A DNA stretch of 64,000 bases from an uncultured Planctomycetaceae bacterium (lineage in GTDB: Bacteria; Planctomycetota; Planctomycetia; Isosphaerales; Isosphaeraceae). The position numbers and the translations under genes were made by a program. The notes beneath the pieces are model-generated. The model saw only the letters and a program-made list of their open reading frames with translations, was not told the origin of the DNA and searched no databases. The stretch spans positions 768,001 to 832,000 of the forward strand of contig CAWIAD010000002.1 in assembly GCA_963833985.1 (NCBI GenBank). Direction: 5' to 3'. Below, piece by piece: positions 32,583-43,605 of the stretch. Position 1 is the stretch's first letter, and each line of letters starts with the position of its first letter.

Positions 32583-32953
32583 GGAGTTGCTCTCTTTGCT
32601 TGTAGTGCAGGTCGTGTATGCGGTGCGCAGAGCGGCCCTGGCTGCTGGTTCACCGAGGAGCGGCGCGGGGAGCGGCCCTCTCGGCGAGCCGCGGCCGATG
32701 CGCCGGGATCTGCCGTCTATCTATGAGGATCCGACCGAAACTGCCAAAAACCGGAGGAATCCGGAGAAATTTTTGGTTTCCCCCTCAGCCGTCGGGCAGG
32801 TGTATTCGTACGGCAGGCGATGCTTGCGTGCCGGGGCGTCTGCGTCCGCATCTGCGTCGCCGCAGGGCACGCAATCCTTGCCTGCCGGGGCGCGCACCAT
32901 GACTTCTCCGCCTGGAGCCCGGGCGCATGGCCAGGTGCGCCAGCGCCATGGAC

Positions 32954-33047
32954 TCTGCGGCACATGGCCACGTGCGTGAGCACGTGGTTTTCACGGGCGC
33001 AGCCTCCAACCTCGGGCGTGAGCCCGACCAGCACTGCGCCGCATCAC
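32954..33047 (+). repeat. 94-bp direct repeat, copy 1 (multi-hairpin element)
   Basis: About 90/94 identical to 33084-33177. Contains CCACGTGC-GTGA-GCACGTGG and TCGGGC-GTGA-GCCCGA hairpins. Confidence 0.92.
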
Positions 33048-33083
33048 AGGCATCCCCACGGCGATGCTCCACCCGACCCCGCG

Positions 33084-33177
33084 TCCGCGGCGCATGGCCA
33101 CGTGCGTGAGCACGTGGTTTTCACGGGCGCAGCCCCCAACCTCGGGCGTGAGCCCGACCAGCACCGCGCCGCATCAC
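33084..33177 (+). repeat. 94-bp direct repeat, copy 2, abutting the stop of the Y1 transposase gene
   Basis: Lies 130 bp from copy 1 and ends 5 nt from the transposase stop codon. Confidence 0.92.
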
Positions 33178-33182
33178 GCTCA

Positions 33183-34235
33183 TCACCTCACCTCGCACCC
33201 GCCCAGGTTCGCCAGATGATGCCGCCCCAGCCGCCCCGCAATCTCCCTCAGCCGCTCCCGGCTCGCCGCGAAGAACCGCCCCAGCAGCCGACCGCCGGCC
33301 AGCTTCAGCAGCCGCGCTTGCCAGCTCTCGGCATTGCTCCCCAGCCGCTCCAGGATCCCCGCCAGCTCCGTCGAGATCATCGCCTTCCCTTCGCGAAACA
33401 GCCGCCCGGTGTAGTCCACAAGCAGCAGATAGCTGCCCAGCGAGAACCCCTCGACCATCCCTTCGCGACCGCGACCGGAGTCCGAGTCCGAGTCAAGCCC
33501 CCGTCGGTCCTCGATCGGGCACAGCCACAGCCCCTCCTCCAGCCCCTCCGCCGCCTGCGACCCCGCCACGCTGCCGGCCTCGGCGGCCTTCAGGTCCTCG
33601 GCTCGACCCTGGTCCCGGACATGCTCGACGCGTTCCTTGATCGACGTGTGGGCGCTCGCCTCGGGCACCTCGGCGATGCCCGCGGCCACCGGGTTCAGAT
33701 CGATGTAAGTGCAAGTGGCCAGCAACGATTCCTCATCGAGGATCGCCACGCTCTGGAACCGCCCCTCGAAGAACGCCCCGCGGGTGTTCTCCTCGCGGTT
33801 GGCCATCCGCGACAGCGGCTCCTTCAGGCACTTCATGAACCAGCTCAGGCTCTGTAACCGCTGGCGTGCGGTGGCCACCCACTTCACGTCTTTCAGCCGT
33901 TCCTTGACCCAAGCCTCCGAGACCGGCAGTGCCTTTCGAGCCTTGTCGCGGGGCGGAAAAAGCCTCCCCCAGCGCCGCACGATGTCCTCATCCGCCCACC
34001 CCGCCGCCACATCGGGGTCGAGCCGCACCAGCAGATGCAGATGGTTATCGAGGATGGCGAACCCGCCCACCGCCACGGAGAAGATCTCCGCAAGTTCCTG
34101 CAAGCGCCGTTCGATCCATTCCTTGCGGTCGATCCCGCCCTCCCCCAGCAGAAACGCCCGCCGCACGCACCGCGTGATGCAGTGATACCAGCGAGTAACC
34201 GATGGATCCACCAGATGCGCACGGGCAATCGTCAT
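33183..34235 (-). CDS. HUH/Y1 tyrosine transposase (RAYT-like, IS200/IS605 TnpA superfamily)
   Basis: YHCITRCVRR, HUH motif NHLHLL, FFEGRFQS and catalytic Tyr in YIDLNPVAAG. GGAGG RBS. Confidence 0.88.
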   Translation of the reverse strand: MTIARAHLVDPSVTRWYHCITRCVRRAFLLGEGGIDRKEWIERRLQELAEIFSVAVGGFAILDNHLHLLVRLDPDVAAGWADEDIVRRWGRLFPPRDKARKALPVSEAWVKERLKDVKWVATARQRLQSLSWFMKCLKEPLSRMANREENTRGAFFEGRFQSVAILDEESLLATCTYIDLNPVAAGIAEVPEASAHTSIKERVEHVRDQGRAEDLKAAEAGSVAGSQAAEGLEEGLWLCPIEDRRGLDSDSDSGRGREGMVEGFSLGSYLLLVDYTGRLFREGKAMISTELAGILERLGSNAESWQARLLKLAGGRLLGRFFAASRERLREIAGRLGRHHLANLGGCEVR

Positions 34236-34262
34236 GTAAGGACCTCCCAGCAAGATCTACAT

Positions 34263-34291
34263 AAGCTACCCAATTCCACCGCCCGTGTCAA
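34263..34291 (-). promoter_or_regulatory. sigma70-like promoter of the Y1 transposase
   Basis: Minus-strand TTGACA-17 nt-TAGCTT, 27 nt upstream of the ATG. Confidence 0.6.
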
Positions 34292-34294
34292 GAT

Positions 34295-34420
34295 TACGTT
34301 GCCTGTCCTCTTTTTGCATCTTTTTGCATTTCCTCTTTTTGCATTGCCCTTGGGATACATTGCCTGTCCTCTCTCTTGCCTTTTCTCTTGGCCTTGCCCT
34401 CTCTTGGCTCGGTCTCTCTG
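34295..34420. repeat. pyrimidine-rich nested short repeats upstream of the transposase
   Basis: TAC(G/A)TTGCCTGTCCTCT at 34295 and 34356; CTTTTTGCAT three times; CTCTTG variants. Confidence 0.75.
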
Positions 34421-34599
34421 GGAAGTGCTCTTTGGGGAAGCGGTCCTGCCGCCTGCCTACGTGGCCGTCCTGGTAGCTCCCGGACTGAACCATCTCGCCG
34501 CTCTGCCCCTTCGCAGCCTCGCCAGGGGGTTGCTGCCACGCTAAACTTGAAATCTTCCTGCAAATGACCTCAAGCCAGCCGATGGGGGAGCCGACGACG

Positions 34600-36412
34600 T
34601 TGCCTTTGCTCGTGCAAAAATTTGGCGGGACGAGTGTTGCCGATTCGAACAAGATCCTGGCCGCGGCGCGGCGGGCCATCCAGGCACATCACCGGGGTAA
34701 CCAGGTCCTGGTAGTCGTCTCGGCCCGCGGGCACACTACCGATGAGCTGATCGCCCTCGCCAAGGAAATCACCGACCAGCCCCCCGCGCGAGATGGATAT
34801 GCTGCTCTCGACTGGCGAGCAGGTGAGCGTGGCGCTCCTGGCCATGGCTATCGAGAGCCTGGGCGTGCCCGCGATCAGCTTCACCGGAGCCCAGATTGGC
34901 CTGGTGACCGACAGCTTCCACACCAAGGCACGGATCAAGAACATCTCCAATGAGCGGATGACCCAGGCGCTCGCCGACGGCAAGATCGTCATCGTCGCCG
35001 GCTTCCAGGGAATGGACGAGAATTACAACATCACCACGCTGGGCCGGGGCGGATCGGACACCACCGCCGTGGCCCTCGCCGCGGTCCTGGGCGCATCAGC
35101 CTGCGAGATCTACACCGACGTCGACGGCGTCTACACGACCGATCCGCGGGTCGTCCCGGAGGCCGGCAAGATTGACCGCATCAGTTACGACGAGATGCTC
35201 GAGCTCGCCAGCCTGGGCGCGGGGGTGATGCATTCGCGGTCCATCGAGTTCGCCAAGAAATACGGCGTGCCGATCCACGTCCGCAGCTCGTTCTCCGATG
35301 CGCCGGGTACCTGGATCGTCGGCGAGGATGACGCGCGCCGGCTGGGTGTGGCCGTGACCGGTGCCGCGCTCGCGAAGGACGAAGCCCGGATCACCATCCT
35401 CGGCGTGCCGGACCGGCCCGGCGTCGTGCACTCGATCTTCGAGACGATCGCACGCGCCAACCTTGTCGTCGACATGATCGTCCAGAACGTGGCCACGGAA
35501 GGCAGCACCGAGCTCAGCTTCACCGTGGCACGCGGCGACCTGGCCGAAACCCTGCGCGCCGCCACGGCCGCCGCCGAGCAAGTGGGCGCCACGGGCGTGA
35601 CGCACGACGCCGAGGTGGCCAAGGTGTCGGTCGTCGGCCTGGGAATGCGTACTCACACCGGCGTTGCCACCGCCATGTTCAAGGCCGTCGCCGAGGCCGG
35701 CGTGAACATTCAGATGATCACCACCAGCGAGATCAAGATCAGCCTGCTGGTGGAGCGGACCGCCGCCGTGGCGGCCCTCCGCGCCGTGCACAAGGTGTTC
35801 CTGCTCGACGAGGTCCACGCCCGGCCTCTACCCGAGTTCGCTTCCGGCACAACCGCCCTGCGTGCCATGAAACTCGTTCCCCTGGCTGACCCCGATGCCA
35901 GCCGGCCGACCGACCGTGGCATGGAAGACCTGGTCATCGCGGGCGTCGAGCTGGACGAGACCCAGGGCCGCATCACCCTCTATGATGTTCCCGACCGGCC
36001 AGGTTACGCGACCAGAATCTTCCAGGCCATTGCCGAGGCCGGCGTGTTCGTGGACATGATCGTCCAGAACGTCAGCCAGGCCGGACAGTGCAATCTGTCG
36101 TTCACCGTGCCGCGCGACGTCGTCGACCGCGCAGCACAGGCCATCACGCCCATCGCCGGCGGCAAGATCTCCATTGAGCCGGCCATGGCCAAGCTCTCGG
36201 TGATCGGCGTGGGCATGCGCACCCACACCGGCGTCGCCACGCGCATGTTCGGAGCGCTCGCGGAGCGAGCGATCAACATCAACCTGATCAATACCAGCGA
36301 GATCCGCATCAACGTGGGCACCGACGTGGCCAAGGGAAAAGAAGGCCTCGATTGCCTGCGCCGGGCCTTCGCACTCGATGACCCGGCCACAGCAGATCCC
36401 AAGGCTCTCTAA
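34600..36412 (+). CDS. lysC: aspartate kinase with four ACT domains; frameshift near 34790
   Basis: Motifs [21 protein letters not shown] and YTDVDG, plus duplicated DMIVQN...GMRTHTGVA...TSEI ACT pairs. Confidence 0.93.
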
Positions 36413-36506
36413 CCGATGGAACTCGAAGTCAGTGCTCCATCCGTGGCGATTTCCTCCTTTACTCCATCTGTGGCTCATCCCACCTTGCCTTTGAGGATCA
36501 TCATCC

Positions 36507-37763
36507 GTGGCTCGCGACAAGCTCGTGCTCGCCTACAGTGGCGGCCTGGATACGTCGGTGGCCGTCAAGTGGATCAACGAAACGTACAACATGGACGTGG
36601 TCGCCTACACGTGTGATCTTGGCCAGGGCCAGGACATCGAGGCGATCCGCCAGAAGGCGCTGCGGACCGGCGCGGTTGACGCCGTGGCCGAGGACGCGCG
36701 CAACCTGTTCATTGACTACTTCGTCTGGCCATCGCTCATGGCCGGGGCGATTTACGAGGGCAAGTATCCGCTGGCCACGGCGCTGGGGCGTCCGCTGATC
36801 GCCCAGCTCATGGTCCGCGTGGCGCGCGACCATGGCGCGGTGGCCGTGGCACACGGCTGCACCGGCAAGGGGAACGATCAGGTTCGCTTTGACGTGACGT
36901 TCCAGACACTGGCGCCGGACCTGAAGATCGTCGCCCCGGTGCGTGAATGGAAGTGGACGCGGACGCAGGAGCTCGAGTTCGCGGCCGCGCATGGCATCGA
37001 GGTGGAAGCCACCAAGAAATCAATCTTCAGTACCGATCAGAACCTCTGGGGCCGGTCGATCGAGGCGGGGATCCTCGAGGACCCCTGGGTCGAGCCCCCG
37101 CCCGAGACCTTCCAGTGGACCGCCGATCCACGGCTGGCGCCCGACGTACCCGAGGAGGTCGAGATCACGTTCGACCGCGGCAAGCCCGTGGCCCTGGATG
37201 GCAAGGAGAAGGACGGAATCGAGCTGATCGACGATCTCAACAAGCTCGCCGGCAAGCACGGCGTGGGCCGCATCGACCACATCGAGAACCGCCTGGTGGG
37301 CATCAAGTCGCGCGAGATCTACGAGGCGCCGGCCGCCGTATTACTGCACGAGGCGCACCGCGAGATCGAGTTCCTGACGCTGTCCAAGGAGTCGCTCCGG
37401 TTCAAGGCGCTGGTCAGCCAGGCTTACGCCGACCTGATCTACAACGGCCTCTGGTTCAGCCAGCTTCACCAGGACCTGATGGCGTTCACGATATCCAACC
37501 AGCAGTACGTCTCGGGCACGGTCCGGCTCAAGCTCTTCAAGGGCCACGTGATGACGGTGGGCCGTAAGAGCCCCAGCAGTCTTTATCGCCATGAGCTGGC
37601 GACGTACGAGGAGGGCGACCAGTACGACGCAACCGCCGCGCTGGGGTTCATCAAGATCCACGGCCTGGGCCAGACCACGCAGGCCAAGCACCAGCTCTTG
37701 AAAGGCAAGACCGGCCCCCGGCTGGAGCTGCCCAGCATCATCCCGCCGGACTCGGGGAAATGA
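36507..37763 (+). CDS. argG: argininosuccinate synthase
   Basis: Motifs LAYSGGLDTS, HGCTGKGNDQVRF and ENRLVGIKSREIYEAP. Confidence 0.97.
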   Translation: MARDKLVLAYSGGLDTSVAVKWINETYNMDVVAYTCDLGQGQDIEAIRQKALRTGAVDAVAEDARNLFIDYFVWPSLMAGAIYEGKYPLATALGRPLIAQLMVRVARDHGAVAVAHGCTGKGNDQVRFDVTFQTLAPDLKIVAPVREWKWTRTQELEFAAAHGIEVEATKKSIFSTDQNLWGRSIEAGILEDPWVEPPPETFQWTADPRLAPDVPEEVEITFDRGKPVALDGKEKDGIELIDDLNKLAGKHGVGRIDHIENRLVGIKSREIYEAPAAVLLHEAHREIEFLTLSKESLRFKALVSQAYADLIYNGLWFSQLHQDLMAFTISNQQYVSGTVRLKLFKGHVMTVGRKSPSSLYRHELATYEEGDQYDATAALGFIKIHGLGQTTQAKHQLLKGKTGPRLELPSIIPPDSGK

Positions 37764-37876
37764 GATCGTCTGCCGAGGATCCAAGCCGGGACAATGCGGC
37801 CGGTGGTAAACCGACGGTGTACGTCATCGCAGGACCTAATGGGGCAGGAAAGACCACCTTTGCAGTCAACTTTCTA

Positions 37877-39387
37877 TTTCTACTGTATCTCTACGTTCGT
37901 AGTTGGTTCTTCAAAGGGGGTAAGAGTTTGCGTGAGTAATGCTGGAAGAATCGGGCGAGCTCGTTGCGTTCCAACCAACGTGTGGTGCACCGGGAGAGCT
38001 TCTCGGGGCTGTTGACGTTGAGACGTTCCTCGATGATCCCTGCGATCAGTTGCCGCAACCGCGGTGACGTCAATGCCGGTGTCTGTATTTTTTCCCCGCC
38101 GCGTCTCCTGATTCAGGAACCACGCGGCCACGAGCGACAAGGTTTGATGGTGATGCCAGGCGATCCAGTTCCGCACCTGGTAATCGGCCAGGCCCGCCTC
38201 CCCTTTGCCCCGCTCCAGGCACTCCTCGATCCGATGCGCCAGTTTGGCCACCCGGCCAAATTCGATCAACGGAGTTTCGGCTTTACTATTTGATAAATAA
38301 TAATCATGTTTAACAGTTCCATCGGCCTGTTGCTCACGCGTGATGAAGAGGACCTCCTCGAAACCTGCACGATTGCCCGGTCCTCGAGATTGGACGCGCC
38401 GCTTGATCGCGTCGACCACCAAAGGTCCCTTCTCGCCATCACGGACGTCGAGCCTCGTCCACGCCGATTCCGGCAGGGCCGCACGCCAATGATCCACACG
38501 CATGAAAGGAGCCTTGGGGGGTTGACCCCGCCCCCCATATTCCGGTGGCGGTGCCTCCAGATCGCGGATCGTCGTGTTCGACGGAACCGCCAACAGATAC
38601 TGCTCCCCCCGCTCCCTCAACGCCTGGCGAAAACTCGCGGGACGGCCCATTTCATCGTCCCCCGCCACCCACGCGTGTGGCAGCAACCCACCTTGCTCAT
38701 CCAGCATCGCCAGGGCCAATTGATGGCGCGTCTGGAACTTGATGGACTTGGGGACGCCAGCCTTGTTCCGGCGGTCGCGATCCTTGGCCCATTCCTTGGG
38801 CAAGTAAAGCCTTACATTGGTAATCGTATGCTCTTTTCTAGACGCATAAGCCATGTAGACGCCAACCTGACAGTTCTCAACCTTCCCCAGCCGGCCGCAC
38901 CACTGCCGCGCGACGCCCACCGACATAGTCCCTTTCTTGGGGAAGCCCGAAGGGTCGAAGATAATCACCCCATCCTTCTCGCCCAGTTGCTCGCCGACCT
39001 GCTGCGCCAGGATCGTGAGCAGGGGTTGATGATCCCATGGCACGTGCCCGATGAACTTTTGGATTCCTTGTCGTTCTTGATCGTGGAGATAAGCGATTCC
39101 CTCGCCGGTCTTGTGCTCAAGCTTCGACAGCAGACCGGTAACGTACTCGGTTGCATGTCGATGTTGTTCAGGTTCGCTCAGGGTCGCAGCGAACGGCTCG
39201 ATGAAGACGTCCAACCGTTCCAGCAGACCATCGATCAAGTCAGGCGACACCTGCGATTGTGCCAGCATGTCAGCCAACCGTGCTTCGTATCGTCGATCCA
39301 TGACGCCCTCGCTTCCTTGTAACATCCTTGACGGAAGCGAATATCAGAAAAAACCTTACAGTTCGTCAACCCCAGGATACAGTAGAA
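37877..39387 (-). mobile_element. IS701-family insertion sequence (about 1.5 kb)
   Basis: 12-bp inverted repeats TTCTACTGTATC (37878-37889) and GATACAGTAGAA (39376-39387). CTA is duplicated at 37874-37876 and 39388-39390. Confidence 0.92.
37880..39301 (-). CDS. IS701-family DDE transposase
   Basis: Motifs FDPSGFPKKG.MSVGVARQWCGRLGKVENCQVGV, RLYLPKEW and RIEECLERGKGEAGL.DYQVRNW. Confidence 0.95.
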   Translation of the reverse strand: MDRRYEARLADMLAQSQVSPDLIDGLLERLDVFIEPFAATLSEPEQHRHATEYVTGLLSKLEHKTGEGIAYLHDQERQGIQKFIGHVPWDHQPLLTILAQQVGEQLGEKDGVIIFDPSGFPKKGTMSVGVARQWCGRLGKVENCQVGVYMAYASRKEHTITNVRLYLPKEWAKDRDRRNKAGVPKSIKFQTRHQLALAMLDEQGGLLPHAWVAGDDEMGRPASFRQALRERGEQYLLAVPSNTTIRDLEAPPPEYGGRGQPPKAPFMRVDHWRAALPESAWTRLDVRDGEKGPLVVDAIKRRVQSRGPGNRAGFEEVLFITREQQADGTVKHDYYLSNSKAETPLIEFGRVAKLAHRIEECLERGKGEAGLADYQVRNWIAWHHHQTLSLVAAWFLNQETRRGKNTDTGIDVTAVAATDRRDHRGTSQRQQPREALPVHHTLVGTQRARPILPALLTQTLTPFEEPTTNVEIQ

Positions 39388-39899
39388 CTACCCGCTTTCG
39401 TGCACTGCCGCGAATTCGTAAACGCGGACCTGATCGCCGCCGGGCTGTCCCCATTCGCGCCCGAAACTCAGGCAATGCGTGCAGGAACATTGATGCTGAC
39501 CCGGATCAAGGAACTCGCAGCAGAGCGTTCTGATTTTGGATTCGAAACGACCCTCTCCGGCCGTACGTACGCCAGATTACTCTCGGGGATGAAGACGGCG
39601 GGCTATCGCCTCGTTCTTTTCTTTCTCTGGCTGCCGGACGCCGAGCTGGCCGTAGCCCGCGTTGCGAACCGCGTGAGACAAGGCGGGCACGGAATTCCGG
39701 AAGAGACGATTCGGAGGCGCTTCTCGCGTGGCATGCACTGTCTTTTCCACGTCTACATGCCCATCATGGATCACTGGGAACTGTACGATGCCTCGCGGTA
39801 TCATCCGGTACTGGTGGCACGGCATGCCGATGGCCAGCAGTCGATCTATGACGAAGAAACTTACCAAGCAATCACGGCCATCGTGGGAGGCTCCTCCGG

Positions 39900-40091
39900 A
39901 TGAAGCCCCAGGAACGAAACCTGACCGAGTGCGCCCAGGCTGGCTTTCTTGCTGCGGCGAAAGACGCGATGCGCGTGGCACAGCAGACTGGCACACCGGT
40001 GATCGTGTGGGAGAACGGTCAGGTTCGGAAGATTGCCTGCGACCAGCTCGATGCGCTCGCGACTGAAGCGGCAAGCACCGATCGATCATAG
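39900..40091 (+). CDS. small protein coupled to the zeta-like gene (putative partner/antitoxin)
   Basis: ATGA overlap with the upstream stop, GGAGG RBS, 63 aa with A..TGTPVIVWENGQV motif. Confidence 0.65.
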   Translation: MKPQERNLTECAQAGFLAAAKDAMRVAQQTGTPVIVWENGQVRKIACDQLDALATEAASTDRS

Positions 40092-40230
40092 GACAGCCCG
40101 ACTCCCGAGCGAAAGAGGGCGCGGTGAGAGCCGGCCATAGCTTCTGCCCAGGTCGCGGGTTACCACCTTGTGGCGGAGAGTCGGGGCTGCCGCGGCGCTA
40201 ACATGCATCATGTCATGCAATGATCGGGCT

Positions 40231-40258
40231 TTGACAAACGGGCCAGGATTGGTAATGT
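40231..40258 (+). promoter_or_regulatory. possible sigma70-like promoter for the TPR-alphaCTD/tgt/yajC/secDF cluster
   Basis: TTGACA-16 nt-TAATGT with TGn immediately upstream of the -10. Confidence 0.4.
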
Positions 40259-40430
40259 ATGGGGTTCACGCTTTCGTTGCTGCGACGTGCCGAACAGGAA
40301 CTTGGCCTCCGCCACAGCGCGGCGATCATCCGCCACGAAGCAAGGGGCGTGCACTCTCACGCTCTCATGAAGCGTGATAGGCACATAGGACCGGAACAGA
40401 GCGGGATGGGGATACGGGAGATTTGATGGT

Positions 40431-41770
40431 ATGGCCGAGATGATGACCACCGACGTCCGAGCGATCATGGACCGGACGCCCTTTGATGTTTCCGCAGTGG
40501 CCGATTTGCGTGAGGTGCTGGGCCGCGATCCGTCGCGTTATCGCACGCTACGCGATGCGGTGAGCAATATCCGCGAGCGTGAAAAGAAGGATCAGAAGCC
40601 CGAAACGTTTCTGCGGCTGGGCGTGGGCGAGGTGCTCCTGGGCCGATATGGTCCGGGCCTGGACCAGCTCAAGCGGGCTGGCGAGGCAGGCATGGCCTTC
40701 TTCTTCCAGGGGCTGGCCTTCGAGAACCTCCAGCGCTATGACGACGCGGCGAAGGCCTTTGCGCACGCCGCCAAGCTGGGATACGACCCCAAGAACTCCG
40801 AGCTGCACCGCGCGGGGCCCTGCGCCGGATCGGTCACGTGGAGGAGGCCAAGAAGATCCTCGCCGGCTTGCAAAAGCTCAGCGAGTCGTCGGCCGAGTAT
40901 CACTTCCAGAAGGGGGCCATCCTGGCCGCCGAGGGCGAGCTCGGCCAGGCGGCATCGGAGCTGGAGAAGGCCCTCAGCCTCGATCGCGATCACAACGGGG
41001 CACTCTTTGAGCTGGCGTACATCAACGACCTGTTCGGCAACGACGACCAGGCCGTGGACCTGTACAAACGGTGCACCGAGCGTCCGCCGGTTCCCCTGGC
41101 GGCGTGGATCAACCTGGGGGTGCTCTACGAGGACGAGATGAAGTTCCGCGATGCGGAGCAGTGCTATCGCCAGGTCCTCGCCCACGAGCCAAACCACCCG
41201 CGCGCCCGGCTCTTCGTGAAGGATTGCCAGGCCAGCAAGGGGATGTATTACGACGAGGATCTCGAGAAGGGATACACGATCCTCAAGCAGCTTCTGGAGA
41301 TCCCCGTCACCGACTTCGAGCTTTCGGTACGCAGCCGTAATTGCCTGCGGAAGATGAACATCCGCACGCTGGGAGACCTCACGCGCACCACCGAGGCTGC
41401 GCTCCTGGCCAGCAAGAACTTCGGCGAGACCTCGCTGGCCGAGATCAAGGAGATGATGACATCCAAGGGCGTGCGCCTGGGCATGGCACTGGAAAGCGGC
41501 GAACGCGGTCCGGTCACCCAGGACCATCGCATCGACCCGCCCCAGGAGGTTCCCCCCGAGATGCAGGCCCTTCTGGGCAAGCCCATCAGCGAGCTGAGCC
41601 TGTCGGTTCGTGCCCGCAAATGCATGAGCAAGCTGAACATCCAGAGCGTGGGCGACCTGGCCAAGCGGTCCGGCGACGAGCTCCTGGAATGCAAGAACTT
41701 CGGTGTGACGTCGCTCAACGAAGTCCGCGACAAGCTGAGCACGCTGGGACTGAAGCTCAAGAATGACTGA
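40431..41770 (+). CDS. TPR protein with two RNA polymerase alpha C-terminal-like domains; 1-nt frameshift near 40817
   Basis: TPR repeats followed by FELSVRSRNCL...SKNFGETSLAEIK and LSLSVRARKCM...CKNFGVTSLNEVR. Confidence 0.88.
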
Positions 41771-41831
41771 CATCCGTATTCGCCAGTGCTGAACCAGGGA
41801 ATCGCACTCCCCACGAGTCTCCGGCGCATTG

Positions 41832-42989
41832 ATGTCCATCTGCGACCAACCTGATCCCTCCGCGGCTTGCCGGCCGGAACGCCCGGTGCGGTTCATCACC
41901 GTGGCCAGGGACAGCGGCTCGGCGGCGCGGGTGGGCCGGCTGGAGACGCCGCATGGGGTGGTGAGTACGCCTGCGTTCATGCCCGTGGGCACGCAGGCGA
42001 CGGTCAAGGGACTGACGCCCGACCAGGTTCACGCCTCGGGTGCACGGATGCTGCTGGCGAATACCTACCACCTGGCCCTCCGGCCCGGCTCGGAGATCGT
42101 CGGGGCACTCGGCGGCCTGCACACGTTCATGGGCTGGGACGGTCCGATCCTGACGGATTCCGGGGGGTTCCAGGTCTTCAGCCTGGCCGACAGGAGCCGG
42201 ATCACCGAGCACGGCGTGTCGTTCCGGTCCCACATCGACGGCCGCCTCCTGGAGCTGACGCCGGCGCGTGCGATGGCGATCCAGCAGGAGCTCGGGGCCG
42301 ACGTGGCCATGTGCCTGGATCACTGCCCGGCATTGCCGGCGAGCCATGAGGAGATCGGCCGGGCCGTGGACCGGACCGTCGCCTGGGCGGGCCTCTGCAA
42401 GGCCGCACACGCACGGCCGGACCAGGCACTTTTCGGGATTGTGCAAGGAGGGGCACACGCCGATCTTCGCGCCAGGTGTGCCGAGGCCCTGATTGCGCTC
42501 GATTTTGACGGCTACGCGATTGGCGGCGTGAGCGTGGGCGAGAGCCGCGAGGAAGTGGACCGGGCTCTTCAGGTCACGACGCCCCTGCTGCCGGAGGACC
42601 GGCCGCGCTACCTCATGGGGGTCGGCCGGCCGCAAGACATGCTCAGTGCCGTCGCCGCGGGCATCGACCTCTTCGACTGCGTGCTTCCCACGCGCAACGG
42701 GCGTAACGCAACCTGTTTTTCCTCAAAGGGATTGGTAAAACTTCGGAATGCCGCACAGGCTCGTGACCCGCGGCCCATCGAGGAGGGCTGCCCTTGCTTG
42801 GCGTGCCGGCGCTTCAGCCGGGCCTATCTCCGCCACCTCTTCCTGGCCAGGGAGATGCTGGGGCCAATCCTGGCGTCAATCCACAACCTGACGTACCTGC
42901 ACCGGCTCACTGGCGCAATTCGTCTGGCGATCGCCGAGGGCTGCTTTGTCCAGTTACGGCTGGATGTGCTTGAAGCTTTGGGACCCTAG
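41832..42989 (+). CDS. tgt: tRNA-guanine transglycosylase
   Basis: Motifs [45 protein letters not shown] and Zn site CPCLAC...H. Confidence 0.97.
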   Translation: MSICDQPDPSAACRPERPVRFITVARDSGSAARVGRLETPHGVVSTPAFMPVGTQATVKGLTPDQVHASGARMLLANTYHLALRPGSEIVGALGGLHTFMGWDGPILTDSGGFQVFSLADRSRITEHGVSFRSHIDGRLLELTPARAMAIQQELGADVAMCLDHCPALPASHEEIGRAVDRTVAWAGLCKAAHARPDQALFGIVQGGAHADLRARCAEALIALDFDGYAIGGVSVGESREEVDRALQVTTPLLPEDRPRYLMGVGRPQDMLSAVAAGIDLFDCVLPTRNGRNATCFSSKGLVKLRNAAQARDPRPIEEGCPCLACRRFSRAYLRHLFLAREMLGPILASIHNLTYLHRLTGAIRLAIAEGCFVQLRLDVLEALGP

Positions 42990-43101
42990 GCGTTAGAGTG
43001 CAGTTTCCGGGGCCCGGCAGGCGAGGGATGGGGACCGAAGTGTCTTCCCATGGCCTGGCCTGGTTTCCCGAGTCCACCGAGTCAGACACGGATACCTCAT
43101 C

Positions 43102-43455
43102 ATGCCCGGATCGTATGACCAGCTGGGATTGCTGTTCGCGCAGGCCCAGGACGCGGCGAATAACTGGAATGGCCTGATGTTCTTCTTGCCCATTCCCTTC
43201 CTGGTCTACTTCATGATCTGGCGCCCTCAGCAACAGCAGGAGAAGAAGCGGAAGGCGATGATCGAGGCCCTCAAGAAGAATGACAAGATCGTGACGGCCG
43301 GCGGGATCTTCGGCACCGTGGTCTCGGTGGATCCTGGTGGTGAGAAGCTGGTGGTCCGGATCGACGACGACAAGGGCGTGAAGCTGACCCTGGCCCGGTC
43401 GAGCGTCACGCGCGTGCTGGAAACGACCTCGGAAAAAGCGGCCGAAGCGTCGTGA
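43102..43455 (+). CDS. yajC: preprotein translocase subunit YajC
   Basis: YFMIWRPQ...LKKNDKIVTAGGIFGTV; located between tgt and secDF. Confidence 0.93.
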   Translation: MPGSYDQLGLLFAQAQDAANNWNGLMFFLPIPFLVYFMIWRPQQQQEKKRKAMIEALKKNDKIVTAGGIFGTVVSVDPGGEKLVVRIDDDKGVKLTLARSSVTRVLETTSEKAAEAS

Positions 43456-43605
43456 TCGCCGCTCCGAGCGGCCGGGGACCGTACCATCACGGCTCGGCGG
43501 CAGGCGCCGTCTGCTCGTAAGACTTTTTTGATTCGTTTTTGATCTCACGCCGATGCCGCCCGCAGGACGCGGCCGGCGGTTGCACGCCGGGTTTGAGGAA
43601 CGACC

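Larger units (their letters stand above)
37760..39903 (+). pseudogene. zeta-toxin/AAA-family P-loop protein interrupted by an IS701-family element (segments 37760-37876 and 39391-39903)
   Basis: Rejoined frame reads MRSSAEDP...VYVIAGPNGAGKTTFAVNFL|PAFVHCREFVNADLIAAGLSP...FETTLSG...RV.NRVRQGGHGIPEETIRRR. Confidence 0.9.

Noticed and set aside
32954..33177. Possible CRISPR array (repeats separated by a 36-nt gap)
   Set aside because: Only two units, the 94-bp repeat is far too long, and there are no cas genes in the window.
34770..34800. Programmed ribosomal frameshift in aspartokinase or the other split genes
   Set aside because: No slippery heptamer is present, and the pattern matches the window-wide deletion errors.
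35370..36370. Internal duplication in aspartokinase
   Set aside because: Four-ACT-domain aspartokinases are a known architecture.
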